Positions 35,684 through 44,152 of a DNA stretch of 64,000 bases are shown in pieces (the stretch's first letter is position 1; each line of letters opens with the position of its first letter). The stretch is taken from the sequence record OK272482.1; one strand, given 5' to 3'. Both the position numbers and the translations under genes were made by a program. Below the pieces are notes generated by a model. That model was not told where the DNA came from and did not search any database. It saw only the letters and a program-made list of their open reading frames with translations. Origin of the DNA: Escherichia phage JLBYU08.

Positions 35684-35908
35684 GCCATGCCATTCGTTTG
35701 CATGTTAATAATTTATGACATAATATAAAAGCAGGGCAACTATTAGCAGATCTATAGTTGCCTTGCTTGTCATGTCATGATTAACTAAATACAAGGCAAC
35801 TATGATCTGATTAATAGTTTGCAGACAAACTATCACGGGGGTGATGGTTACTGCTTTTATATTATGTCGCGACTCCGTCGCGCCATGCCATTCGTTTGCA
35901 TAGTTGCC
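35684..35908 (+). repeat. nested repeat structure (20-bp direct repeat, 16-bp inverted repeat, GGCAACTAT sites)
   Basis: GCCATGCCATTCGTTTGCAT at 35684 and 35882. CATAATATAAAAGCAG 35719-35734 versus CTGCTTTTATATTATG 35851-35866. GGCAACTAT at 35735 and 35795, inverted at 35754 and 35900. Confidence 0.75.
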
Positions 35909-36511
35909 TTATTGTTACAGATAAAATAATTGTATTGTTAATTATTTCTTATCTTTCTCTTAGTCATCTAATGATTCCAGTTAGTATAGTAATGTACAGT
36001 AAACATTAGACGACTAAAGATTTATATGCTTATAATAACTTACAGTGACAATTTCGGACTGTTTACGAAAAATGTTGACACCTGAGCCGATTTATGTTAT
36101 GCAGTTTACACGAATAATTATTTTATGCAGGTATTGACTATTCCGTTATTCCATGGTTGGAATAAATACTTAGCAGTCTATAGAATGGTGACGCTACGTG
36201 AATTCTGGAATTTAGTGGCTATAGTTATACTCGATTTTTCACGTAGAACACGCTTTTGTTAGTGTGTAAGTGTATGACTTATAAAGATTTTTAGTTGTTG
36301 ACAAGATACTGAAGATATGCATCAGGTTAAATTTTGTGCAATAGCGGCATTACGTGCAATTTTGGGAGAGAAAACGGGCAAAAATGGCCTTGCTACCACA
36401 CAATGAAAAATTATGCAATAGTTATTTTCCATGTATATTTGTACAGTGTGTGGGATTAATGGCTAGTCAATTATTCCACTTGCCAGGTAGGGCCGTTTAT
36501 GGTAGGAGAAG

Positions 36512-36542
36512 AGCAGACAAAAAGAAAGGGGCCTAAGCCCCT
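36512..36542 (-). terminator. rho-independent terminator closing the island
   Basis: Minus strand AGGGGC-TTAG-GCCCCT followed by TTCTTTTTGT, 20 nt after stop of 36562 gene. Confidence 0.7.
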
Positions 36543-36561
36543 TGATAATTCAGTTAAAAAA

Positions 36562-36981
36562 TTATAATGATTCGTATATTTCAAAAATCCGATTTGCCAG
36601 GTCGTTACGGTAGCGGAATTTTTCCTCACGTTTGATCATAAGATCTTTATAGCCGTACTCTTTAAGCACTTCATTAACTTTATGGCGGCATACTTTCATA
36701 TTATCCTGCGCGTCACCAATAAATCTGTTGCTATGGTGCATGGCTTTAATTTCTTCTTCCAGGACCAGGGCAACTATGCGGACCGGATCAAGCTGATAGG
36801 CGGTAACATCCATGCGGCATTGTAGACGGCTTTTAACGTCCGCCACCGGATATACTGCAACCTCTTCCCCGTCAACATTGACAATAATTAGTTTACCATC
36901 GATTTCGAATCCTTTCGCCGCCGGACCGTGACAAAAAGCGTTATCAAAGCTATATGCCGGATTATCAGATTTAATGTTCAT
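36562..36981 (-). CDS. hypothetical protein (island)
   Basis: 139 aa; own promoter TTGACA-N17-TATATT at ~37032-37060 (minus); followed by terminator 36512-36542. Confidence 0.55.
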   Translation of the reverse strand: MNIKSDNPAYSFDNAFCHGPAAKGFEIDGKLIIVNVDGEEVAVYPVADVKSRLQCRMDVTAYQLDPVRIVALVLEEEIKAMHHSNRFIGDAQDNMKVCRHKVNEVLKEYGYKDLMIKREEKFRYRNDLANRIFEIYESL

Positions 36982-37127
36982 GGTGTTTTTTTACCTCTCA
37001 GTTAATTTTCTTACAACTTCCCTTCAAAAAAGAATATAGCAAAACTGCCGATCCCTGTCAACCAAGGATAGCATAATTTTTATGTGATCAAGGGGCTTTA
37101 TTGCCCCTGACCATGTAACTTGTTGTA

Positions 37128-37391
37128 TTATTTGTTGCTCATCCAGTTTTCCCAAGCTGCCTGATAATCTGCCTCACTACGGCGGATCTCTTCTTGTTCT
37201 TCAAGTCGGATCTCTTCTTCCAGGTACCCCAAGATGTCAGCCTTTTTGGTCTGGCGTAGCATCCAGTCATCTTTTTTGCGGGTAAAGATCTTATAAGCTT
37301 TCTCGCAAACCTCTTTTTTGCTACCTTTCTGGACTTCCAGAACACGATAAGCCATATATTGAACTAGTTTGAGCTGGTCAAGACGTTTCAT
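37128..37391 (-). CDS. hypothetical protein (island)
   Basis: 87 aa, charged/helical; RBS AAGAGGAAA. Confidence 0.55.
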   Translation of the reverse strand: MKRLDQLKLVQYMAYRVLEVQKGSKKEVCEKAYKIFTRKKDDWMLRQTKKADILGYLEEEIRLEEQEEIRRSEADYQAAWENWMSNK

Positions 37392-37453
37392 GATGTTTTT
37401 CCTCTTTATGTGGTTTTTGTTTAGTGGGCCTTTTGGCCCGTGTCATTATCTTA

Positions 37454-37726
37454 TTACTTACGGCGGCAGAATTCAAGCGTTTTTAATTGATAATCTTCCT
37501 CAGCCTGGAGTACAACCGCCTCGATCATTTCGTTGGCATTGTTGAAGCCATACCCTTTAGCGAACTCATCCGCACCACCTTCGTGATCATGTTCTGCGTT
37601 CATCGCTTCCACGAAATGGAATTCAAGATTATTGAGATAAGGGCTTGATGTTCCGTCCTCTTTTTCGATGAGATCCCAAATAGCATTAAAACGTGATTCG
37701 ACTTCTTGATTAATCCAGCTTGACAT
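37454..37726 (-). CDS. hypothetical acidic protein (island)
   Basis: 90 aa; promoter-hairpin-RBS cassette upstream (hairpin 37756-37769). Confidence 0.55.
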   Translation of the reverse strand: MSSWINQEVESRFNAIWDLIEKEDGTSSPYLNNLEFHFVEAMNAEHDHEGGADEFAKGYGFNNANEMIEAVVLQAEEDYQLKTLEFCRRK

Positions 37727-37834
37727 AATGTTTTCCTCTCTTCTGGTTGTTGTGTGGGCACTTTTGCCCCTTCAAGATAAATGTTACCCCACCACCTGGC
37801 AGATGTCAACGGTTTTTATAGTTCTTATATGACA

Positions 37835-37863
37835 GGCAGGCCCGGTGATTGTCTCCCCCTGTT
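37835..37863 (-). repeat. inverted copy of the AACAGGGG..GAGACAATCACCGGGCCTGCC element
   Basis: Reverse complement matches 47398-47430 except for a 4-nt indel. Confidence 0.7.
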
Positions 37864-37945
37864 CCCAAGTGCCGCCCGTTTAATAAGAATAGCAAAAGGG
37901 GCCGAACAAGTCAACCCCCAAAATCAGTACCAAAACACTTTTTAT

Positions 37946-38257
37946 TTATACGGTCCGATCATTGGCCTTTGTCCAGGACCTGGCGATCCGTTTCCCGGTC
38001 ACCTGGAACGGAGACTGCATTGTGTGTAAGGAGTCCAGCGTAAGGGAGGACCGTTTACGGCGTATCTTCAGGATCGCTAACGTATTGTCCATCTCACGGC
38101 CAGGCCCTGGGCGGTATGGTGTGCCTCCAGCGTTAAGGTTGATGATCTCATGTATTGAGATCCGGCGTTGTTTTGCTTCCGCATCTTTGAAGATAGCCAG
38201 CGGAGGAGCTATGCGTTGCCGATACCAATCTAAAACGGTTGGCGTAATAGCGATCAT
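37946..38257 (-). CDS. hypothetical protein (island)
   Basis: 103 aa; ATGA overlap with upstream gene; the C-terminal third looks low-complexity, so the end is uncertain. Confidence 0.4.
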   Translation of the reverse strand: MIAITPTVLDWYRQRIAPPLAIFKDAEAKQRRISIHEIINLNAGGTPYRPGPGREMDNTLAILKIRRKRSSLTLDSLHTMQSPFQVTGKRIARSWTKANDRTV

Positions 38258-38445
38258 ATTTTACCCCCTATGTAGTCCGGTCGGTTTTTCTCTGTCATGC
38301 GCTTAAGCAATTCTTGCATATGGCTGATAGCTTGTAGCGTGTCTTCTTCCAGGCTTGAATCTACATAATCAGGATCGTCTATGACCTTTCTATGATTATG
38401 ATAACGCAGTACCGCCAATACCTTTCTAACTTGTTCAGTATTCAT
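38254..38445 (-). CDS. hypothetical protein (island)
   Basis: 63 aa; RBS AAGGGAG. Confidence 0.5.
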   Translation of the reverse strand: MNTEQVRKVLAVLRYHNHRKVIDDPDYVDSSLEEDTLQAISHMQELLKRMTEKNRPDYIGGKI

Positions 38446-38461
38446 TTTACATCTCCCTTAC

Positions 38462-38752
38462 TTATTGTTGGCGGTTTACGTAAGCTTTACCGTTTACGGT
38501 GATGGGCAGATCTTCCAGGTCTGGATCTTCCTTAAGGTCGCGAGCAAGCTCACCGCACCGGATACCCTCAAATCCGTAGTACTCTGTTGTACCGTCATTA
38601 AAAGTTTTAGTGGCAAGGCATAAGCGATAAGTAACCCCGATTCGATTGACGGCATGAATATCCGTTAGATTAACCTCTTTTGCCAGCTCATTAGCCATTG
38701 CAGGCGCACTAAGTCCAACAACCAGGGCAACCACTGCGATCATCTTTTTCAT
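38462..38752 (-). CDS. secreted small protein (island)
   Basis: 96 aa; clear signal peptide MKKMIAVVALVVGLSAPAMA. Confidence 0.6.
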   Translation of the reverse strand: MKKMIAVVALVVGLSAPAMANELAKEVNLTDIHAVNRIGVTYRLCLATKTFNDGTTEYYGFEGIRCGELARDLKEDPDLEDLPITVNGKAYVNRQQ

Positions 38753-38843
38753 TGTGTCTATCCTCTTTCTGCTACGTTTAAGGCGGCGGTAACCGCCTGT
38801 TTATGCTTTGTTGGTTAATTTTCGGGTATCGGTATAAATTAAA

Positions 38844-39059
38844 CTATGCTGTACGCTCAACTATAACAACGGTTTGGGGGATCTCCCCTTCCACCACTAG
38901 TAAGGCCTTTTTCTGCGTGATAGATATCTTTACCCGTTGCAGCGTGGCGGTGAAGTCTTTCATTTCGTCACGCGGTGTTTTAGTGCAGTACCAGATCTCA
39001 GGCTTGCCGATCTGTAAGTTGCGTAAAAATTCTGTTTTGCCTGTTTTGTTAGTGATCAT
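38844..39059 (-). CDS. hypothetical protein (island)
   Basis: 71 aa; RBS GAGGTTGG. Confidence 0.5.
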   Translation of the reverse strand: MITNKTGKTEFLRNLQIGKPEIWYCTKTPRDEMKDFTATLQRVKISITQKKALLVVEGEIPQTVVIVERTA

Positions 39060-39068
39060 TTGCCAACC

Positions 39069-39173
39069 TCACCCGATACCGTTGGAAGACAAGATCATAT
39101 TAGACATGGTTGCAATCAGGCCAATACCCAGGGCAATAACCAAGATCACTGCATCGATTAATTTCTGTTTCAT
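39069..39173 (-). CDS. 34-aa membrane micro-peptide (island)
   Basis: Not in the track; MKQKLIDAVILVIALGIGLIATMSNMILSSNGIG. Confidence 0.4.
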   Translation of the reverse strand: MKQKLIDAVILVIALGIGLIATMSNMILSSNGIG

Positions 39174-39250
39174 AGTGTTTATTCTCTTCTGTTAGTAACC
39201 TTATTCATGGGGCCGCTACCACAGCCCCAGGGTAAGGCGGCTATGTGCTT

Positions 39251-39496
39251 TTAGTGTTTCATTCCAACCATCGCGGCACGGATCGCCGTAGTGCTGTACT
39301 TGAAGCCGTCCGGGGTCTTATCTTGTCCGGTTAGCTCCAGAAAAAGCATCATATCCCGCGCCGCATCATTACGATCAGCATTAGCGTTAATAAATCCTTG
39401 GGCCAACCGGTACAATGACTCATCGTTATTAATCCAAAGGCTTACATTCCAATGAGTTTTGTTTTTGTAACCGTTATAACCTTTATTGCTTTTCAT
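39251..39496 (-). CDS. hypothetical protein (island)
   Basis: 81 aa; W-rich N-terminal motif THWNVSLWINNDESLY; cassette upstream. Confidence 0.55.
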   Translation of the reverse strand: MKSNKGYNGYKNKTHWNVSLWINNDESLYRLAQGFINANADRNDAARDMMLFLELTGQDKTPDGFKYSTTAIRAAMVGMKH

Positions 39497-39587
39497 GGTG
39501 TTTACCTCTTCTTTGTTCCGGGTGGCGGATCATTCCACCACCTTATGTATTATGCTTTGTTAGATGGTTGTTTGTTGTCAAACTATT

Positions 39588-39767
39588 TTAACGATAATCA
39601 TCGTACGCTTTATTAACCTGGCGAATATAACATTCAAAAGCTAGATCAATAGATTCATATTCACGGATATACTCACCATAGGAAACCACATACATTTCTA
39701 TAACTTCCTCATATGCGAGGAGAATAGAATCTAAGCCTACGATCTCGGTCTTTGCAATAATAGCCAT
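39588..39767 (-). CDS. hypothetical 59-aa protein (island)
   Basis: Not in the track; cassette TTGACA-N16-TATATA, hairpin 39794-39808, RBS AAAGAGGA directly upstream. Confidence 0.5.
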   Translation of the reverse strand: MAIIAKTEIVGLDSILLAYEEVIEMYVVSYGEYIREYESIDLAFECYIRQVNKAYDDYR

Positions 39768-39843
39768 GATTTTTTATCCTCTTTGTGGTTGGTGGGGCTT
39801 GTTGCCCCCTTTGATTTATATACTACAGTTTTATATGGTCATG

Positions 39844-40077
39844 TCAACTATTTTCAAAAAATTTTTCTGCTGTAATATTTTTCCCGGTAGGGTTCGCTAC
39901 TTTCAAAATTTTATCATGCACTGGACGCCCAAAAGAATAAGCGCCGTACACAGTGCACCAATAATCGCCGTCAGGCTGTACTATTACAGCCGCATAGGGT
40001 ACGCCTTTTTCGTTTTTGCTGACAAAATAGATCACGTTGCCATTAATAGCCTCGGCGCGTTTAATTTGTTCCATCAT
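39844..40077 (-). CDS. hypothetical protein (island)
   Basis: 77 aa; hairpin GGGGCCGAAAAGGCCCC in leader. Confidence 0.55.
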   Translation of the reverse strand: MMEQIKRAEAINGNVIYFVSKNEKGVPYAAVIVQPDGDYWCTVYGAYSFGRPVHDKILKVANPTGKNITAEKFFENS

Positions 40078-40132
40078 GATGATTTGCCTCTCTTTATTTT
40101 CATAATTGGGGGCCTTTTCGGCCCCGCCAGGT

Positions 40133-40417
40133 TTATTTATTGATAGCGTGCAGCGGGAAAGGTACGCCAGGTTGATAGATAACTTTTACAACCTCATCAG
40201 AGCAAAAGAAATTACAAAATTCACCCTGATAAGCCTCATCCTCTTTTAATTCTTCATCAACATACTGGAAAAAGTAGTCAATGCTTGGATAATCCTGACC
40301 GGGATTATATTCAACCATGGTTAATAACAATTCTTGATCATTCCGTATGATATGCATACCAGCTTTTAAGTATTTGGCTTCCATTTCTACTACATCGCCA
40401 ACGGTAACAATAGCCAT
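40133..40417 (-). CDS. hypothetical acidic protein (island)
   Basis: 94 aa; RBS TAGGAG. Confidence 0.55.
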   Translation of the reverse strand: MAIVTVGDVVEMEAKYLKAGMHIIRNDQELLLTMVEYNPGQDYPSIDYFFQYVDEELKEDEAYQGEFCNFFCSDEVVKVIYQPGVPFPLHAINK

Positions 40418-40549
40418 GGTTTTAACTCCTATCTATCCGGTTAATGATTGGAGGCCTCACCGCCCCCGACACCCTTTATTATCCATATTGTAGGACTTGA
40501 TGCAAGTACTTCTTTAAAAATTTTTTAAGCGCCTTGGGGGCCGCTGTAA

Positions 40550-40587
40550 CGCCAAAATAATAAAGGCTATGCAACCGCATAGCCTTT
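40550..40587 (-). terminator. rho-independent terminator
   Basis: Minus strand AAAGGCTATGC-GGTT-GCATAGCCTTT followed by ATTATTTT. Confidence 0.7.
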
Positions 40588-40622
40588 ATGTGATTATATC
40601 GCTGCAGGCCCTGCCAGGGACC

Positions 40623-40973
40623 TTATTTTGCATTCTTTCCTATATTGCCGCTACGGTACCAGCGTTTACGGTGAAAATGGTAATAATCACCATCGGCATT
40701 GAACATCAGATGATTTTCAATAACCAGCTTACGAAGGTGGGCCGGATCTTGTTCCATTCTTGCCAGATTCTGGCGGCTGTTACGTAAGCGGATAAATTCT
40801 ATATTCAGGCCGTTGATTGCAGCATGGATGTCAAAGTAACCACCTTTGAGACGTTCACGCATGGCGTTAAGCTCAACACAATATACAGATTTCTCACAAA
40901 TCAAGGTATTAGCCAGGGCGCGGACCTGGGCAAGGGGGTTAAGCTCATTAAGGTAATATAGTTTTACTTTCAT
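40623..40973 (-). CDS. hypothetical protein (island)
   Basis: 116 aa; followed by terminator 40550-40587. Confidence 0.55.
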   Translation of the reverse strand: MKVKLYYLNELNPLAQVRALANTLICEKSVYCVELNAMRERLKGGYFDIHAAINGLNIEFIRLRNSRQNLARMEQDPAHLRKLVIENHLMFNADGDYYHFHRKRWYRSGNIGKNAK

Positions 40974-40990
40974 AAAATCACCTGCTGAAA

Positions 40991-41290
40991 TTAGTTTGAG
41001 AAAACATCGTTCACAATAGCGATCACAATGCCGCCCACCTTGTCACGGTCAACAATGCACAAATCACCATAGATCATGTGGTAGTCTGGATGATCTTTGA
41101 CGGAATAGTCGATAAGTGTTTTCTTGTCATCCAGCTTACTAACTTCCATTCTCATAACGATATGAGAATCATCAAAGGCATTATTCCGAAAAGTCATAAC
41201 CTGACCGCCAGGGCACCCGGTGATTTCCACCTCCACGCCGTCTACGATCTGACCATCAAAGAAATAAAGATTATTAGCCTGGATAAACAT
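40991..41290 (-). CDS. hypothetical protein (island)
   Basis: 99 aa from ATG 41290 (RBS AAAGGAG); preceded by 44-bp promoter repeat 41335-41378. Confidence 0.55.
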   Translation of the reverse strand: MFIQANNLYFFDGQIVDGVEVEITGCPGGQVMTFRNNAFDDSHIVMRMEVSKLDDKKTLIDYSVKDHPDYHMIYGDLCIVDRDKVGGIVIAIVNDVFSN

Positions 41291-41334
41291 GATCATTACT
41301 CCTTTTTGCACTGATTATTTTAACAAGGTTTAAA

Positions 41335-41378
41335 TTTACTTTATTGATGGCCCTGGAGTCAAGGCCATCTAAAAATAA
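41335..41378 (-). repeat. 44-bp promoter-palindrome repeat, copy 1
   Basis: tttactttattgatggccctggAgtcaaggccatctaaaaataa. Minus strand reads GATGGCC-TTGACT-CCAG-GGCCATC...TAAATT. Confidence 0.8.
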
Positions 41379-41381
41379 ATT

Positions 41382-41582
41382 TTACAGGCCTACAATCTCT
41401 TTAATTCGTTTTACTGCTGCCTCAGCGCCTTGAGGGTAAAAATTATGGTAACCAATCACGCGAGTGATACTAATCGCCGTTTGATGATCTTCATAATCAC
41501 CTTTAAAGATTTCTTGACCGTCAATCAGCACGGCAATTTTTTCTTCTTTTTTGAAGTTAATAACGCGGATATTGTTGCTCAT
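41382..41582 (-). CDS. hypothetical protein (island)
   Basis: 66 aa; cassette with hairpin GGGGAGACACTCCCC upstream. Confidence 0.55.
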   Translation of the reverse strand: MSNNIRVINFKKEEKIAVLIDGQEIFKGDYEDHQTAISITRVIGYHNFYPQGAEAAVKRIKEIVGL

Positions 41583-41684
41583 TTTGTTTCTCCTTTTGGA
41601 ACTTTGTCTATGCGGTGGGGAGTGTCTCCCCGTTGATTGTTATTATCCATATTCTGGATCGGATTGCAACACTCAGGGAGAAAA

Positions 41685-41720
41685 AAATTTGAAAAGTTAG
41701 GCCCCCATGATCGGGGGGCC
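41685..41720 (-). terminator. rho-independent terminator
   Basis: Minus strand GGCCCCC-CGATCAT-GGGGGCC followed by TAACTTTTCAAATTTTTTT. Confidence 0.65.
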
Positions 41721-41724
41721 GTTC

Positions 41725-41844
41725 TTAGTTACTTACAGCGATAAAGTACATCCCTACGCCTAGCAATATTTCAAGGGCGATAATCTCAAGCCATACCATA
41801 ACGCGGCGCACCTTATCGGTGCATGGCTTATCCTTGGTTGTCAT
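41725..41844 (-). CDS. 39-aa membrane micro-peptide (island)
   Basis: Not in the track; RBS AAGGAAAGGGGGAG; MTTKDKPCTDKVRRVMVWLEIIALEILLGVGMYFIAVSN; terminator 41685-41720 follows. Confidence 0.45.
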   Translation of the reverse strand: MTTKDKPCTDKVRRVMVWLEIIALEILLGVGMYFIAVSN

Positions 41845-41953
41845 CGTCTCCCCCTTTCCTTCTGGTAGTAGTGACGCGATCTACAATGGCCCCCAGGAGT
41901 CCTATCCCGACACACACCACAAGAAAAATTATCTCCGCTGTTGTTCGATCCAT
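41828..41953 (-). CDS. 41-aa membrane micro-peptide (island; frame ambiguous)
   Basis: MDRTTAEIIFLVVCVGIGLLGAIVDRV... looks like a genuine TM segment, but it overlaps an alternative-frame ORF. Confidence 0.3.
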   Translation of the reverse strand: MDRTTAEIIFLVVCVGIGLLGAIVDRVTTTRRKGGDDDNQG

Positions 41954-42086
41954 TGTTATAAAATTCCTCAAGATCAGGCCTGAAAATAAAGCGTTCGTTA
42001 TTGAATCCATCCCGCCAGGCGGCTGGCTTCAAATCTTCACTAAAGGGATTAATTAACGTGGCATTATTTAAACGGCTGGTCCACAT
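41841..42086 (-). CDS. hypothetical protein (island; frame ambiguous)
   Basis: 81 aa from ATG 42086. The N-terminal two-thirds look protein-like; the C-terminal third overlaps the TM ORF in another frame. Confidence 0.3.
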   Translation of the reverse strand: MWTSRLNNATLINPFSEDLKPAAWRDGFNNERFIFRPDLEEFYNNGSNNSGDNFSCGVCRDRTPGGHCRSRHYYQKERGRR

Positions 42087-42435
42087 ATTTTCTATTCCTC
42101 TCAAATAGGCGATCCGCCTCAGTTAAACAAATCTCATGGGCGTGATCTCTGGTTTTAGCTTCATCGAAAACCTGTTGTGCAAGGCTGCAACGTAGGGAGA
42201 CTGGAAGATCACTATAATAGGCGTTGACAAACGTTTGAGCGTCGTACAGGTCTGAAAATACTTTACCCTTTCTATTATTCCCCTTGTCAACAATTGCAAG
42301 GATAACCAATACAATAGTTGCAACCACCCCCAGGAAAATAGATATAATAAACCATAAAAAGGCGGATCTTCCCATCTTGCCAGCGATCCAGGCGTTAAAC
42401 AAGGCAACCAATACAGCCAAAATAATAAATTCCAT
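42064..42435 (-). CDS. membrane protein, 2 TM + soluble C-terminal domain (island)
   Basis: 123 aa from ATG 42435 (RBS AAAGAGG); MEFIILAVLVALFNAWIAG...FLWFIISIFLGVVATIVLVILAIV. Confidence 0.55.
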   Translation of the reverse strand: MEFIILAVLVALFNAWIAGKMGRSAFLWFIISIFLGVVATIVLVILAIVDKGNNRKGKVFSDLYDAQTFVNAYYSDLPVSLRCSLAQQVFDEAKTRDHAHEICLTEADRLFERNRKYVDQPFK

Positions 42436-42459
42436 TCTATGTACCTCTTTTACAGTTCT

Positions 42460-42490
42460 GATTAACAATAAGGCGGCAAATATGCCGCCT
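42460..42490 (-). terminator. rho-independent terminator
   Basis: Minus strand AGGCGGCA-TATT-TGCCGCCT followed by TATTGTT. Confidence 0.6.
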
Positions 42491-42499
42491 GCTACCTGA

Positions 42500-42880
42500 T
42501 TAAAAATTATCGCCGTAAATCTTTCCGCTTTCTACCCATACCACCACGCGAGGCATACTATCCCACACGTCTTGTTTTAGATTGAGCGCGTGCAATTCTT
42601 CGGTGGTGCTCATACCGGGCACGGGCTGATTGTATACTGCAAAACGACCGCCTGCATAATCATAGGCCAGGGTTAAATCACACTGGATCATCTTTTTGAT
42701 CATGGTATTAAGCATGGCGTTAGCCGCATATTGATCACGTTTTAAAGGCAACTCTTTGATTAGTTTGCGATAGTTTTCGATATGGTCGCACACTGTTTCA
42801 CGAGGAAGATCTTTCATATCTTCACGGAATGTAACCAGGTTAAACATAACGGTGTCAATAGCCTTGGTAGTGTTTTTCAT
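42500..42880 (-). CDS. hypothetical protein (island)
   Basis: 126 aa; cassette TTGCAA-N17-TATATT, hairpin GGGGGCAAGACGTTTGCCCC; terminator 42460-42490. Confidence 0.55.
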   Translation of the reverse strand: MKNTTKAIDTVMFNLVTFREDMKDLPRETVCDHIENYRKLIKELPLKRDQYAANAMLNTMIKKMIQCDLTLAYDYAGGRFAVYNQPVPGMSTTEELHALNLKQDVWDSMPRVVVWVESGKIYGDNF

Positions 42881-42970
42881 GATGTTATCCTCTTTGTTTT
42901 GTGTTGGGGCAAACGTCTTGCCCCCTTGAGTTTTAATATAGCAGGTTTTTAGGTTATTGCAACACTTTAT

Positions 42971-43594
42971 TTATGAAAAAGTCATCTCACCATATTCATC
43001 GACATCAAACCGCCAATCATTGGCCTCGATAAGGCCGATCAGGTTTTCTGCGGTGAACTGTTCTAGATAGGCCTCCTCCAGGTCTACGTAAACCTTGCGG
43101 GATAGCTCCCGTACCGTCTCGGTGATCAGTTCTTCCAGGTCTTCCACTTTGTTTTCTTGTTTGGCGGTCAGATCTAGCCAAGTGGTATCAATGTACCCGC
43201 TTACAGTGTTTTCATGGCTGTAATGGCTGTACTTGTCGCGTTCAACACTGGCTGATAACTCGCCATCGTGCATTGTGCCGAACAAGTGACGAATTGATCG
43301 GAACTTGGTCAGGGCCTTTACTTTACGCAAAAATTTTTCTAAATCCACGTTTTCAGCACTGATTGACGCGCCGTCACCCTGGCACCAAAAGCCTGACCAA
43401 TGTACTTCGGTATCTTCAAGGCCATACTCTGGAAAAACATATTCTTTATAGTATTCAATTACACTTTCTGCAAAAAAGTTATCCCCGCTGTGTTCTTCTC
43501 TTTCGCGGACCATTTCAACGGCTTTTTCTTTTTGTTCGTCGGTCAGCACGTCGAAAGATAAATTGTAACCTGCGGTAATGTTAACGGTGGTCAT
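42971..43594 (-). CDS. hypothetical protein, largest island product
   Basis: 207 aa; conserved-looking HWSGFWCQGDGASI motif; cassette 43623-43679 upstream. Confidence 0.6.
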   Translation of the reverse strand: MTTVNITAGYNLSFDVLTDEQKEKAVEMVREREEHSGDNFFAESVIEYYKEYVFPEYGLEDTEVHWSGFWCQGDGASISAENVDLEKFLRKVKALTKFRSIRHLFGTMHDGELSASVERDKYSHYSHENTVSGYIDTTWLDLTAKQENKVEDLEELITETVRELSRKVYVDLEEAYLEQFTAENLIGLIEANDWRFDVDEYGEMTFS

Positions 43595-43622
43595 GATATT
43601 TTCTCCTATTTTCTTTGTTAGT

Positions 43623-43641
43623 GGCGGGAAGTTTTCCCGCC
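43623..43641 (-). promoter_or_regulatory. 5'-leader GC hairpin (example cassette)
   Basis: GGCGGGAA-AAC-TTCCCGCC begins about 10 nt after the -10, with no U-tract after it. Confidence 0.55.
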
Positions 43642-43651
43642 TGTGTGTTTA

Positions 43652-43679
43652 AGTATACTTATTGAGGCTTACTTGTCAA
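43652..43679 (-). promoter_or_regulatory. island promoter (example cassette)
   Basis: Minus strand TTGACA-N16-TATACT. Confidence 0.6.
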
Positions 43680-43929
43680 CACTATTTTTTAAATTATTGT
43701 GGCGCAAAATGTTTAAAATCTCCTCAACGTCATCAACACGGCGGCAATTTTTAAACGCTACCAATTGCCCCATGATTTTAATCACTGGGCGGCCTTGCCA
43801 GTGCCCTTGAATAAAGCGCGCCTTAACCTTATCGGTGGAACTATCCCGCCACCAAACGGCTTTATTATTGCAGTAGTAAAAATTATTTAGGACAACATCG
43901 ACTTTATCAAAATTTTTCAATTTACGCAT
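43669..43929 (-). CDS. hypothetical protein (island)
   Basis: 86 aa; promoter TTGACA-N17-TATACT at ~43957-43985 (minus). Confidence 0.55.
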   Translation of the reverse strand: MRKLKNFDKVDVVLNNFYYCNNKAVWWRDSSTDKVKARFIQGHWQGRPVIKIMGQLVAFKNCRRVDDVEEILNILRHNNLKNSVDK

Positions 43930-44112
43930 GGCGTTTACCCCCCTTACTTCTCGCTTTGATGTGATTAGTATAGCTAACCTGTTGACGATGTCAATGATAT
44001 TTTTAACGCCATGAAACGGCCCTGGGCGATGTTTTCAGGTTAAAGGGGGCGATTGCATAGGTGGGGGCCTTTTTGGCGCTTACAGGGCCAACCAGGGGCG
44101 CTATTCGTAGGA

Positions 44113-44144
44113 TAGAAATAAAAAGCCCCGCACAATGGCGGGGC
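44113..44144 (-). terminator. rho-independent terminator
   Basis: Minus strand GCCCCGC-CATTGT-GCGGGGC followed by TTTTTATTT. Confidence 0.75.
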
Positions 44145-44152
44145 GTTGGTTG

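Noticed and set aside
34032-36536. Track ORFs 34032-34220, 34607-34789, 35249-35485 and 36354-36536 in the non-coding region
   Set aside because: They have no RBS and implausible, low-complexity or Cys/Trp-rich translations. They overlap the repeat structures and are isolated 60-78-codon frames. I treat them as spurious.
42971-43594. Calling the 207-aa island protein an anti-restriction protein
   Set aside because: The HWSGFWCQGDGA motif feels familiar from plasmid and phage accessory proteins. I cannot tie it to a named family from memory, and it does not resemble ArdA as I recall it.
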